This document shows positions 54,455-63,947 of a stretch of DNA of 64,000 nucleotides, piece after piece. Position 1 is the first letter of the stretch. Each line of letters starts with the position of its first letter. The stretch covers positions 158,934-222,933 of the forward strand of contig JBAZNR010000001.1 in the NCBI GenBank assembly GCA_041649175.1, written 5' to 3'. Both the position numbers and the translations under genes were made by a program. The notes beneath the pieces are model-generated. The model was not told the origin of the DNA. It did not search any database and saw only the letters and a list, made by a program, of their open reading frames with translations. The stretch comes from Candidatus Omnitrophota bacterium. GTDB taxonomy: Bacteria; Omnitrophota; Gorgyraeia; Zapsychrales; JBAZNR01.

Positions 54455-55081
54455 CTAATACTGGATGGAGGTAATGCCGGCTTTTTGGGCGAGATGAATG
54501 AGTTCGGTCACGGTTTTGGCTTGCATCTTCTGCATGACTCGGCCGCGGTGGACTTTTATTGTCTGCAGGGCCGTTCCCCGCTTAAAGGCAATTTGCTTAT
54601 TGAGCATTCCGTTAACAACCAGGCGGAAAACTTCAAGCTCTCGAGGGGAGAGTGTTTTGATATTTCGCCAAATTTTTGCTGTTTCGGCTTGTTTTTTATT
54701 TGTGGCTTTGCTTTTTACAATAGCAAGCTTGATGGCATCAAGAAGTTTCGGTGTGGCAAAGGGTTTGATAAAGAAGTCTACGGCTCCGGCTTTTATAGCT
54801 TTCACGCTCTTGGGAACATCGCCATACCCGGTAATAAAAATAATCGGGATATTGATCCCCTGTTGCACCATTTTCTCCTGTAGAACAAGCCCATTGATAT
54901 CCGGCAGACGGATATCAAGCAACAGGCAAGACGGCACCTTGGGATGTTTAAAAGTTAAGAAATCTTTAGCCCGCGTAAACGTCTCGGCCTTAAATCCGTA
55001 TGATTTTAACAATAGAGACAGGGCGCGGCACACCGAAACATCATCGTCAACAATATAGATGACAGCGCCATTACTTGTCAT
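54455..55081 (-). CDS. response regulator, REC plus LuxR-type HTH (FixJ/NarL family)
   Basis: 'VIYIVDDDVSVCRAL…LLDIRLPDING'; C-terminal 'LSPRELEVFRLVVNGMLNKQIA…'. Confidence 0.85.
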   Translation of the reverse strand: MTSNGAVIYIVDDDVSVCRALSLLLKSYGFKAETFTRAKDFLTFKHPKVPSCLLLDIRLPDINGLVLQEKMVQQGINIPIIFITGYGDVPKSVKAIKAGAVDFFIKPFATPKLLDAIKLAIVKSKATNKKQAETAKIWRNIKTLSPRELEVFRLVVNGMLNKQIAFKRGTALQTIKVHRGRVMQKMQAKTVTELIHLAQKAGITSIQY

Positions 55082-56025
55082 GAGTCTTTCTTTCCATTAA
55101 CGGGAAGGGTGAAATAAAAGGTTGCCCCGCGATCACGGTTATTCTTGGCCTCCAACCGGCCGCCGTGGGCTTCAATAATGGAGCGGCTTATAGACAGGCC
55201 CATACCCAAACCGTCCGGTTTATTGGTAAAAAAGTGAGTAAAGAGCTTTTTCATATTCTCAGCCGGAATGCCGCATCCCGAATCCCTGACTTCCACCACA
55301 ATGGTGTCGGCATCTTTGCGCGATGATTTGATCAGCATTTCTTGGGAATCACTGCCCGCATCCATAGCCTCTAGGCTGTTACTGATAAGATTCAAGAGCA
55401 CCTGTTGCAGTTGTATACGATCCCCCTGGATGGAGGGAAGCCTGCTGTCCAATTCGAAGTTGATGATTTTATTTCTGACGGTGATATGAGTTATGATAAG
55501 TGTGACCGTATCATTGATAAGATCGCTGATATTAAGAAGCTCCAAGGAGGGCTTACTCTTTTTCAATAATGTCCGCAACCGCCGAATAACCTCAGCGGCC
55601 CGATGATCATCATCAATAATGTGCTGCAAAATTTCCTGTAACTGGGGTTCCCTGCCCGCGAACATACGCTGAGCCGCTTGAGCATAAGAAAGAATGGCCG
55701 TTAGAGGTTGGCTGATTTCATGCGCCAAAGACGAAACGAACTCAGCAAGCTTTCCCACGCGCGTCACATGTAAAAGTTCCTCGCGTTGTTCCTCGATCTT
55801 CAGATCGGCGATCTTTTCCCGGTCAGCTCCCCGTTTTAACTGCCCGCTTCGTATTTTCAGCTCGCTTGTTTGCTGGCGCAGCCTTCGTTTCAGATTTTTT
55901 TGATCTGTTTGCTCGAGGAGCGCTTTTTTCGCAACCTTCCTGCCGGCACTTTGACGAACAGGCTCTTTTTTAATGGCCCGGCGCATCCCTTTAGCGATTA
56001 TTTTCTTTTCTGGTTTCATAGTCAT
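55078..56025 (-). CDS. soluble histidine kinase (coiled-coil, HisKA, HATPase_c), no TM or recognisable sensor domain
   Basis: 'LAHEISQPLTAI' H-box; 'DSGCGIP…GLGMGLSISRSI' G-boxes. Confidence 0.8.
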   Translation of the reverse strand: MTMKPEKKIIAKGMRRAIKKEPVRQSAGRKVAKKALLEQTDQKNLKRRLRQQTSELKIRSGQLKRGADREKIADLKIEEQREELLHVTRVGKLAEFVSSLAHEISQPLTAILSYAQAAQRMFAGREPQLQEILQHIIDDDHRAAEVIRRLRTLLKKSKPSLELLNISDLINDTVTLIITHITVRNKIINFELDSRLPSIQGDRIQLQQVLLNLISNSLEAMDAGSDSQEMLIKSSRKDADTIVVEVRDSGCGIPAENMKKLFTHFFTNKPDGLGMGLSISRSIIEAHGGRLEAKNNRDRGATFYFTLPVNGKKDS

Positions 56026-56063
56026 TTGTTAACCTTTTGCAAGAAACGTCACTATTATATTCC

Positions 56064-56477
56064 TTACTGTTTGATCATGCTATCCGTATTTTCTGTGGCC
56101 ACATTGATAAGATCCACCAGCGTCTGTCCATCAAAGGGCTTTTGCAAAAATCCCACGGCCCCTACTTTCATCGCCCTATCCACGGCACTCTCCTTCTTTT
56201 CGGCAGAAATAAAGATAACGGAAATTTTCGACCCCGAATCAAGCAGTTCTTTCTGCATGGCCCACCCGTCCGATCCCGGCATATGAATGTCAAGAACGAG
56301 ACAACCCGTTGCATCTATAGGCACGGCATCAAAAAAACCTTTTGCTGAGTTAAATGTGACCACTTCAAACTCATACGTCATCAAAAGAATTTTAAGCGCG
56401 AGGCACACAGACTCATCATCATCCACTATATAGATTTTCTTTTTGTCTGTAAGCAACTTTTCCTCCTCCCCGACCAA
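56064..56477 (-). CDS. single-domain response regulator (CheY-like)
   Basis: 'KIYIVDDDESVCLAL…LVLDIHMPGSDG…LQKPF'. Confidence 0.8.
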   Translation of the reverse strand: MVGEEEKLLTDKKKIYIVDDDESVCLALKILLMTYEFEVVTFNSAKGFFDAVPIDATGCLVLDIHMPGSDGWAMQKELLDSGSKISVIFISAEKKESAVDRAMKVGAVGFLQKPFDGQTLVDLINVATENTDSMIKQ

Positions 56478-56565
56478 TAAACAAAATTTTCCATTGGAAA
56501 AATTAAGACCAAGCGATTATAAATAACACTAAGCCTGGAAATATTCTATATAAGACAGCGAAAGA

Positions 56566-56587
56566 ATCAATTATACCGAGGTATAAT
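56566..56587. promoter_or_regulatory. copy 2 of the conserved 22-nt motif ATCAATTATACCGAGGTATAAT, in the leader of the REC-HK-RR operon
   Basis: 20/22 identical to 54384..54405; contains a TATAAT-like hexamer in either orientation. Confidence 0.4.
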
Positions 56588-56698
56588 AAGGGCAATGGAT
56601 ATGCATTCGAACATAAAAAATCCCCGGTGATATTTACCACCGGGGATTGCTTGCTTCTGGCAAGAAGTTTTGACAAGTTGGCATCGCACAACATCAAA

Positions 56699-57040
56699 TC
56701 AAATTGCGGTTCCGCCTCTTTCTTTAGTACGGATTCGAATGCACTCCTCCAATGGTGTAATAAAAATTTTTCCATCTCCGATTTTACCCTTGCCGTGTAC
56801 AGCACTGCTAAGAATAGCGTCCACTGCGATTTCGACAAACTCGTCATTGCAGGCAATATCCAGGCGCACTTTTGAGATAAGCTCCGGAACAACTTCATGT
56901 CCGCGAAAAATATCCGTTTCTTCTGCCCTCCCCCGTCCAGCACAGCGCGAAACAGTGATGCGATAGATTTCTTTTTTCACCAAGGCTTCCCGAACTTCAT
57001 CAAGTTTATCGGGTTGAATAATAGCAGTCACAAGCTTCAT
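56699..57040 (-). CDS. glnK: PII nitrogen regulatory protein (GlnK-type, next to amtB); T-loop lacks Tyr51
   Basis: 'MKLVTAIIQPDKLDEVREAL…GKIGDGKIFITPLEECIRIRT'; T-loop 'GRGRAEETDIFRGHEV' (Y46F, Y51V relative to E. coli GlnB). Confidence 0.85.
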   Translation of the reverse strand: MKLVTAIIQPDKLDEVREALVKKEIYRITVSRCAGRGRAEETDIFRGHEVVPELISKVRLDIACNDEFVEIAVDAILSSAVHGKGKIGDGKIFITPLEECIRIRTKERGGTAI

Positions 57041-57069
57041 CCGTTGATCCTCCTCAGGCGTTAATAATT

Positions 57070-58422
57070 TTAGTCTAAGCTAAGCATACCGTATCCATGT
57101 TCACCGTGCAGGGCATGATCGAGACCCGCCATTTCATTTGCTTTATCCAAACGAAATCCTATTGTTTTTTCAACAACATAACAAATGAATAAAGTACCGG
57201 CGACCGAAAGCGCAATCACGGCCCCCAATCCTTGAAGCTGTACCACCAATTGATCCCAGGCAGTCCAACCTTTTCCGACGGATATAAACCAGCTGGGACG
57301 AATAAAAAATGACAAAAGCAAAACCGCTGATCCGCTACCAACCGCATGAATACCAAAACAGTCCAAGCTGTCATCATAGGCAAGCTTTGTTTTAAGAAGC
57401 AAGGCAAGAAAACAGATGCAGGCTGATAAAGCGCCTAAGGCAAGCGCGCCACTAGGTAACACCACTCCGGCTGCCGGCGTAATTGCAACCAACCCCGCAA
57501 GAATTCCGGAAACAAATCCTAACGATGTCGCTTTTTTAAAAAGAATTGCTTCAATGATAAGCCATGTCAGGGCGCCGCTGGCCGCCGAAATCTGAGTCAT
57601 GGTCAACGCCCGAGCGGTATCCAGTCCGCTATGAACAGTTGATCCTGCATTAAATCCAAACCACCCAACCCATAAAAATCCTGCGCCTGTCAGCGTCATG
57701 ACAAGGTTGTTGGGGCGCATCGTTGTTTTGGGGTATCCGCGCCGCGGACCTAAAAAAAGTGCCGCCACCAACGCGCTTACACCTGCGGACACGTGGATCA
57801 CCAACCCACCGGCCAAGTCAATAACTCCCGCTTTGGCCAACCAGCCATCTGATGCCCACACCCAATGACACAACGGACAATAGACAATGAGAAACCATAG
57901 CGAAATAAACAAACAGTACCCTTTAAAATAGACCCGTTCCGCTAATGCCCCGGCAATCAGCGCCGGTGCAATGATAGCGAATTTTCCCTGAAACATAGCA
58001 ATCACATATTCCGGAACACCGTTAACGATGCTGTTATCTATCCCCTGCAGAAAGAAATATTGAGGATTCCATCCCAAAAATCCACCAAGAATATTTTTCC
58101 CAAAGCACAATGCATAGCCACAAACAACCCAAAGAATCCCGATAATCGCAATCGAGACAAAACAATGCATCATCGTTCCTAAAACGTTTTTGGTTCTCAC
58201 CAATCCGCCATAAAACATAGCCAGGCCTGGAACCATCAACAACACTAATGCTGTTGCGATGAGCATCCAAGCCGTTGTCCCTGTGTCCACGACTTCTTCG
58301 GCAACTGTTTGCGCCCAGCATGGGCCAGAAAAAATACCGCATAAAAACAATGCAACCGTCAACATTCGTATGATAGATTTTATTTTCTCCATCTTAAGTC
58401 CTTTGCTTATTTTACATTTCAT
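57070..58422 (-). CDS. amtB: ammonium transporter (Amt family). Start possibly at the internal Met (58392).
   Basis: Signal peptide then the conserved Amt TM core ('…DLAGGLVIHVSAGVSALVAALFLGPR…'). Confidence 0.85.
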   Translation of the reverse strand: MKCKISKGLKMEKIKSIIRMLTVALFLCGIFSGPCWAQTVAEEVVDTGTTAWMLIATALVLLMVPGLAMFYGGLVRTKNVLGTMMHCFVSIAIIGILWVVCGYALCFGKNILGGFLGWNPQYFFLQGIDNSIVNGVPEYVIAMFQGKFAIIAPALIAGALAERVYFKGYCLFISLWFLIVYCPLCHWVWASDGWLAKAGVIDLAGGLVIHVSAGVSALVAALFLGPRRGYPKTTMRPNNLVMTLTGAGFLWVGWFGFNAGSTVHSGLDTARALTMTQISAASGALTWLIIEAILFKKATSLGFVSGILAGLVAITPAAGVVLPSGALALGALSACICFLALLLKTKLAYDDSLDCFGIHAVGSGSAVLLLSFFIRPSWFISVGKGWTAWDQLVVQLQGLGAVIALSVAGTLFICYVVEKTIGFRLDKANEMAGLDHALHGEHGYGMLSLD

Positions 58423-58714
58423 GTTTCTCGACTTAGCATCTCACCTTTAAAAATGCCTATCCTTTTATTGGACATCATCGCCCAAAAATGAAAAGAAACC
58501 TTCCCGAAAACAAAACGTTTTCAGAAAAGGCTTCTTTGCCTTTAAATATTACGGCACCAATGCCGCAAATAGGTACGTAAGTATATTACAAGTTTAAAGT
58601 TATGGTGTCTGTGATACTCATCACACATAAAAAAGCTATGACCACTTTAGGCAATCATAGCCTAAAATCCCTATCACTTGCTAAAGCGAGTTAAATTAAC
58701 GGGTAGGTGATCCC

Positions 58715-58736
58715 GCCAAAAGTGGGGGCGACCCCC
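58715..58736 (-). terminator. Rho-independent terminator-like GC hairpin (GGGGG-TCG-CCCCC) followed by ACUUUUGG on the minus strand
   Basis: Seen directly: + strand 'ccaaaagtgggggcgaccccc'. Confidence 0.45.
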
Positions 58737-58757
58737 TGGCCTTCCGCCAGGACAGGA

Positions 58758-58778
58758 AAGATCCACAATCTTGTGCTC
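58758..58778 (-). repeat. 21-nt exact duplicate of the tRNA-His D-stem/anticodon-arm segment (pseudo-tRNA fragment)
   Basis: 'aagatccacaatcttgtgctc' is identical to 58948..58968 inside tRNA-His. Confidence 0.7.
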
Positions 58779-58916
58779 CCCCGTTTTCCAAAACCTAAAG
58801 ACAATGCCCTGCGTTTAAAACTGCCCCTTGACTAAGCACTTGAAATTTTTTCGCTTTGCTCAAAAATTTCTGCGTAATCACGGGGTTTCATTTCGCTCGC
58901 AAGAGCGAAATTCAAG

Positions 58917-58992
58917 GGTGGGTGAAGGGATTTGAACCCTCGACCCCAAGATCCACAATCTTGTGCTCTAACCGAACTGAGCTACACCCACC
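58917..58992 (-). tRNA. tRNA-His (anticodon GTG) with encoded G-1; CCA not encoded
   Basis: rc folds as GGUGGGU(G-1)…anticodon loop UUGUGGA…T-arm GAGGG/UUCAAAU/CCCUU…CACCCACC. Confidence 0.85.
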
Positions 58993-59024
58993 ATTAAATC
59001 AATTTTCTCTAAAAACCGTGAAAT

Positions 59025-60050
59025 CTAATCAGCAGTCCCTTTTTCTTTAACATCCTGCTGCCGAACACTTCCGGAAAAAGGAATTGAATCGATCTTAAAA
59101 CTATCCATCTTGGTCTTAAAATTCAAATTAAGTGTCATTTCATTATTCTGAGACTGCATCCCGGACAATAGCATATCTTCAAAAGAAAAAGATTTTGAAT
59201 CTTTCTCACCCGCTGGTTCAAAAACTAAATCCCGTATTTTTAATTGGCATTTGACGTTCATCTCATTGTTTTTTGAGATCAAACGCGTTGTGGCATCAAT
59301 AAAAATACTTTTCACATCCTTGCTGAAAGAGTCTTTATAGTAATGAGAAAAGGTCTTTCCGTCAAGGTTGGAAACTTCAAGTGTTGCATCCATATCTTTC
59401 TTGTGCCAATTCACCCATCCGCCGCCTTTAATAGTGCCGGCGCTTGATGACGCATGCGGATTTTGCACATAAGCTTTAAAATGAAATTTGGTTGTTGTTG
59501 CCCGCGGGCCAAAACTTACTCTCGAAGCCTTGAGATTAATATCTTTAAGAGCAATGGAAAATCCTTCAGGATCCGAAGGCGTATCAACAAAGTTAAATTT
59601 TCCTTCTCTGATAAGCAATTGGTCGATCGCAAGTCCGGAAAAATCTTCTCGAACGATATTTTCCTGCGGCTCTATTTTCGTTGCCGCGTTATCTTTTTGA
59701 TCGGAAGGACTTCCCAAAACAATACCAGACTCGCCTTTTTTGATCACAATAAATGGCTCGGTAAGAATTAATTTCCTCAGACGCACATCTTTATCGGCAA
59801 AGTGAAATGGGTCGATAGCCGCCGCAATACTTGAAACTCGAAAATAATCATCCACGCTTAAGTCTTTGATATGGATGGTTAGTGGAAAAGAGACATAGAC
59901 AGACCCAATGACCACAGGACGATGGAAGATCTCTTTAAGATGGGTTTCAACCAATCGTTTTCCGTTGATGCTAATAAAAATAAACGCGCTGATAAAAACG
60001 ACGCTTAACAAAAATAAAACTGTAATAACAATTTTCTTAAAGATAGTCAT
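59025..60050 (-). CDS. AsmA-like N-terminal-anchored periplasmic protein (341 aa), same architecture as 7678..8703
   Basis: Single N-terminal TM then soluble domain; flanked by tRNA-His and tRNA-Arg. Confidence 0.35.
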   Translation of the reverse strand: MTIFKKIVITVLFLLSVVFISAFIFISINGKRLVETHLKEIFHRPVVIGSVYVSFPLTIHIKDLSVDDYFRVSSIAAAIDPFHFADKDVRLRKLILTEPFIVIKKGESGIVLGSPSDQKDNAATKIEPQENIVREDFSGLAIDQLLIREGKFNFVDTPSDPEGFSIALKDINLKASRVSFGPRATTTKFHFKAYVQNPHASSSAGTIKGGGWVNWHKKDMDATLEVSNLDGKTFSHYYKDSFSKDVKSIFIDATTRLISKNNEMNVKCQLKIRDLVFEPAGEKDSKSFSFEDMLLSGMQSQNNEMTLNLNFKTKMDSFKIDSIPFSGSVRQQDVKEKGTAD

Positions 60051-60077
60051 TGATCAATTTGTATCCCTGAAAATACG

Positions 60078-60151
60078 CGTCCCCGGGCCGATTCGAACGG
60101 CCGACCCTTTGCTTAGAAGGCAAATGCTCTATCCACCTGAGCTACGGGGAC
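60078..60151 (-). tRNA. tRNA-Arg (anticodon TCT); CCA not encoded
   Basis: rc = GUCCCCGUAGCUCAGGUGGAUAGAGCAUUUGCCUUCUAAGCAAAGGGUCGGCCGUUCGAAUCGGCCCGGGGACG; cloverleaf confirmed by hand. Confidence 0.85.
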
Positions 60152-60356
60152 AATTCGATATTATTAAAAATCACCTTAAGGCTAGCGCACCATCATTTCT
60201 CGAGTAAAACACCGGCTAAAAGGATAAGCCCTCGATTGACTTATCGAGGGCTTATCCTATCAAATTTAAAAGATGCTGTAAAGAATGATTTGCCGCCTAA
60301 ATAACTCTTAAATCAAGAAAACAGAAATATAGATACTTTTCGCGAAGAGAGAATGT

Positions 60357-60848
60357 TTATTTCGCTGTTGCACTTTCAATTTTTTGTAATGCGGCCGTAG
60401 CTTTCTGAAGACTTTCTGTTTGATTTTGCGCTTTAAAGATCTCCATACTTTTTTTGATGTTTTCTATAGCCTGATCCTCTTTATTTTGCAGATCATAGCA
60501 GCCGGCGATTAAGAGATACGCTTGGCCGTTTTGCGGGTCAAGGCTAGTCACTTTGCGAAAACTTTTAACGGCATTGTCATAACTTTGAATTCTCATGAAA
60601 ACTTGTCCAAGAGCAAAAAAGGCTTGCGGATTTGTGGGATCTTGGGCCGCGGCAACTTCAAAGGCCTGGATAGCTTTAACGGCATCACCTTTGGCTAAAT
60701 AAACTTCTCCGAGTTTAAAGAAATCTTGTTTCTCTTCCATTGTCGTTGCAGAATTTAAAGCCTGCCCTTCTTGTGTCGAAGCGGATTCTTTTGACCCGCA
60801 ACCGACCAAAAGAACGCCAAAACAAACCATGAGTAATATTTTTTTCAT
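60357..60848 (-). CDS. TPR-repeat lipoprotein
   Basis: 'VLLVGCGS' lipobox; three or four TPR-like repeats. Confidence 0.6.
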   Translation of the reverse strand: MKKILLMVCFGVLLVGCGSKESASTQEGQALNSATTMEEKQDFFKLGEVYLAKGDAVKAIQAFEVAAAQDPTNPQAFFALGQVFMRIQSYDNAVKSFRKVTSLDPQNGQAYLLIAGCYDLQNKEDQAIENIKKSMEIFKAQNQTESLQKATAALQKIESATAK

Positions 60849-60967
60849 CGACCCCTCTCTTCTCTTATTAATATGTTGATTTAATTCAACGGTTATTGTA
60901 GTTTAATAGTAAGGTCCTGACAAGAAGAAAATGCCTTAGGGGTTTTCTTTCAAAAAAGGAAAATGCT

Positions 60968-61534
60968 ATGTTCAAAAAAGCTCTTTGCTTGATGATTCTT
61001 CTGATGTCCTGCGGATGCGACTCAGGAAATACGGTTCGCTCCATAAAAGATTTAGGCGAACCTCTGGCAGAGTCTTATTTTGAACTTCGCTTCCCTCAAA
61101 ATTGGAAAATTACCAGCCAAATTGACACCTCCCTTGTTGATCACCCCACAACCACTTTCTTTTTCCGTCATCCGGGAAACCGAAAATGCTATATCTCCGT
61201 CGAGATCGTCAGGTTCCACGAAGATGACAATACAGGCATGATCGACCTCACCAAGATCGCGAGTTCTAAGATACGTAACTTAAGAAATTCTTTTGCGCAG
61301 GAGAAATATATCGACTTTTCATTCAAAACTTTTAACACCACGCTCGCCGGACAAGATGCTATCCGAGTTTTTGTGCAAGCAAGCCGCTCAAACGTCAACC
61401 GCGAAGCCACCTCTTATGTTGTCGGTTTCCGCAATCAAGGATACATCATCTCTTACCAATGGTTTGACAATTGGAGCAACGATGCCAAGAAAATAGTCAA
61501 AGAAGCCATTGGATCTTTTCGGTTACTTAAATAA
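60968..61534 (+). CDS. lipoprotein of unknown function
   Basis: 'ILLMSCGCDSG' lipobox; one of the few + strand genes. Confidence 0.4.
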   Translation: MFKKALCLMILLMSCGCDSGNTVRSIKDLGEPLAESYFELRFPQNWKITSQIDTSLVDHPTTTFFFRHPGNRKCYISVEIVRFHEDDNTGMIDLTKIASSKIRNLRNSFAQEKYIDFSFKTFNTTLAGQDAIRVFVQASRSNVNREATSYVVGFRNQGYIISYQWFDNWSNDAKKIVKEAIGSFRLLK

Positions 61535-61551
61535 TATAAGGCAGTTTGGAA

Positions 61552-63813
61552 TTATTTGAACTGGCGGGCTGTATCGATGATCTTGCTTTTTGTTAGAAGA
61601 TCTTGAGTCTTCTTGACGGCATCGGCAAGATCAATTTGCGCGATGGCCGCTCTCATTTTTGGAATATATTTAAAATCTGCGCTTAACTTCCTGACCCCGA
61701 TTCCTAGCAAATAGGGAAGATATTGCACATGGTGCGCCATATCTCCGCAGATAGAAATATCTTTCTTGTGTTTAAGAGCCGCGTCAACCACTCGCTTTAA
61801 CGACCGCAAGATCGCCGGATGATGTGGTAAATAAAGTTCAGCTACTTTTTCATTGGTGCGGTCAACGGCGAGCATATACTGAATAAAATCGTTCGTTCCG
61901 ATCGAAAAGAAATCTGCTTCCTCGGCCAACTCATCAATGATCTCTAGGATAGACGGGATCTCGATCATCAGCCCGATCTCGGGACGCTCGCAAAAGGGGA
62001 CTTTTTCTTTTCTAAGGCTGCCGCAACATTGAAAAACAATTTTTCGTGCTTCTAAGAATTCATCCAAAGACGAGATCATGGGAAACATAATTCTAACTGT
62101 TGTCCCCGCCCCGGCACGTAAAATAGCTCGTATCTGTTGAATAAAAATATCCTTATGCTTTAAGGAAAACCGGATCGAGCGCATCCCCAAAAAAGGATTC
62201 GCTTCTTTTTCGTCATTATAATAGGATAAGATTTTATCTCCGCCGATATCCAGCGTACGAAAGGTAATTTCTTTACCGCGCATTTCATTGACAAGGCGCT
62301 GATAAATAACAAATTGCTCTTCTTCCGACGGGAAATCACTTCGGACAATGAACGGGAACTCGGTCCGATAAAGCCCTACTCCTTCGGTCTTAAATTCATG
62401 CGCGAATTTCAAATCACTCAAAAGATTAATATTAGAAAAGATCTTTATTTTAACCCCGTCTTTGGTTTGAGCTTGAGAAGAAATAAATTCCTTAAATTGC
62501 GCGGCTTGCGCTTTAGCTTCATCATGATGTTTAAAGCGTTCCACCACATCATCGGAAGGGTCTAAATAGATGTTACCCAGCTGCGCATCCATCAAGATCT
62601 TTGACTGATCAGAGATAAAAAGCAACTGTTGCTCATCGGCGATGATCAAGGGGATCTGCAGCGACCGGGAAAGAATAGACAAATGCGAGGTCACTCCTCC
62701 GCTTAAAAGGATCACGCCGCGGACATTTTGAGAAGAAAACTTCAGTAGATCTGTCGGGAATATCTCTTTGGCAACAATGATCTTCCCCGAATATTGTTCG
62801 GCGGATTTGTTGAGCCCGATCATATTCTCTAAAATCCTTCGCCCAATGTCTTCTACATCATGGCTTTTCTCGCGCAAATAGGCGTTGGACATTTGCTGAA
62901 ACCGTTCCATATAATTTTTAACAACGGATAAAACAGCTTCGGGAGGATTCATACCATTTTTAATAAGCTGGGCGATCGGATCAATGAATCCTTTATCTTT
63001 CAGCATAAGGATCTGAGCGGTAAAAATAAGAGAGGCAACATCTAAAAGACGTTCTTCCACCTGATTTTGGAGGGTTTCCAATTGTTTTTCCGTCGAGTGT
63101 AAAGCGCGATAAAAATCCTCCAGCGTAAATGCTTGGGTAAGATATTTTTCCTGCAGCATCAGTTGCATCGGTTCGCTATTAAAAACAACTGCCGGCGCGA
63201 ACGCAAATCCTTCCGAACCTACCTTACCTCTGATCAACTTAACTTTCCTTTTTGTTTTAAATTCTTGGGGCCGGCGGGATCCGCCTTCCCCGCGTAAGAT
63301 CATCAAAAGTTTGGCTGTTTCAATGGTATTGGCTAGTTGCGAGGTGATAGCGCGCATGGTCCTAATGTCTTCATCGGTAAAATAATTTTTCTTGGTATTT
63401 TGAACGACGATAACACCGATACGGTTATTTCCGCGTAAGATTGGAACCGCTAAAAATGATTCATAGCGATCTTCCCCGATCTCCGGAAAATATTTAAAAT
63501 GCGGGCTGCGGCTGGCATTTTTTTCGCAAATTGGACGTAATTCTTTTAATGCTAAACCCGTTAAGCCTTCGTTTAATTTCATCTTAACTTTTCCGACTGA
63601 ATCCGGATGAAGGCCTTTGGTCGCTTTTAACACCAACTCATTTTTTTCTTCATAAAAAAGATAGACGGAACAGACCTGGGATCCCATATGCTCGGAGATC
63701 ATCACGACAATTTTCTGCAAAAAAGTCTCTAAACTTTCCACATCAATGAAAAGCCCGCTGAGCTCTCCGATGTCACAGATAAGTTGCGTATGGTCACGTG
63801 TCGGTTGTTTCAT
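61552..63813 (-). CDS. ptsP: GAF-domain phosphoenolpyruvate-protein phosphotransferase (Enzyme I-Ntr)
   Basis: N-terminal GAF; EI core 'GGVTSHLSILSRSLQIPLI'; PEP-utilising C-terminal TIM-barrel motifs. Confidence 0.85.
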   Translation of the reverse strand: MKQPTRDHTQLICDIGELSGLFIDVESLETFLQKIVVMISEHMGSQVCSVYLFYEEKNELVLKATKGLHPDSVGKVKMKLNEGLTGLALKELRPICEKNASRSPHFKYFPEIGEDRYESFLAVPILRGNNRIGVIVVQNTKKNYFTDEDIRTMRAITSQLANTIETAKLLMILRGEGGSRRPQEFKTKRKVKLIRGKVGSEGFAFAPAVVFNSEPMQLMLQEKYLTQAFTLEDFYRALHSTEKQLETLQNQVEERLLDVASLIFTAQILMLKDKGFIDPIAQLIKNGMNPPEAVLSVVKNYMERFQQMSNAYLREKSHDVEDIGRRILENMIGLNKSAEQYSGKIIVAKEIFPTDLLKFSSQNVRGVILLSGGVTSHLSILSRSLQIPLIIADEQQLLFISDQSKILMDAQLGNIYLDPSDDVVERFKHHDEAKAQAAQFKEFISSQAQTKDGVKIKIFSNINLLSDLKFAHEFKTEGVGLYRTEFPFIVRSDFPSEEEQFVIYQRLVNEMRGKEITFRTLDIGGDKILSYYNDEKEANPFLGMRSIRFSLKHKDIFIQQIRAILRAGAGTTVRIMFPMISSLDEFLEARKIVFQCCGSLRKEKVPFCERPEIGLMIEIPSILEIIDELAEEADFFSIGTNDFIQYMLAVDRTNEKVAELYLPHHPAILRSLKRVVDAALKHKKDISICGDMAHHVQYLPYLLGIGVRKLSADFKYIPKMRAAIAQIDLADAVKKTQDLLTKSKIIDTARQFK

Positions 63814-63854
63814 AGAGAATATTCTTTAGGATGGTTTACGGCCTGAAGAGTAAA

Positions 63855-63947
63855 AAATCGGGGAGGAGAGATTTGCCCGCCGTGAACCTTTGGTTCATGG
63901 CGAGGTCTCGCCCCGACATATCATCGGGGCGGAAACTCTTGCTCCCA
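63855..63947 (-). repeat. degenerate duplicate of the tRNA-Pro 3' half, with about 50 nt replacing the T-loop region
   Basis: Shares 'aaaatcggggaggagagatttg' (63855-63876 vs 63952-63973) and 'ctcttgctccca' (63936-63947 vs 63984-63995) with the adjacent tRNA. Confidence 0.6.

Noticed and set aside
58690-58790. Possible second tRNA gene near tRNA-His
   Set aside because: Only a 21-nt anticodon-arm segment is shared. No acceptor or T-arm can be folded; the flanking sequence forms a terminator hairpin instead.
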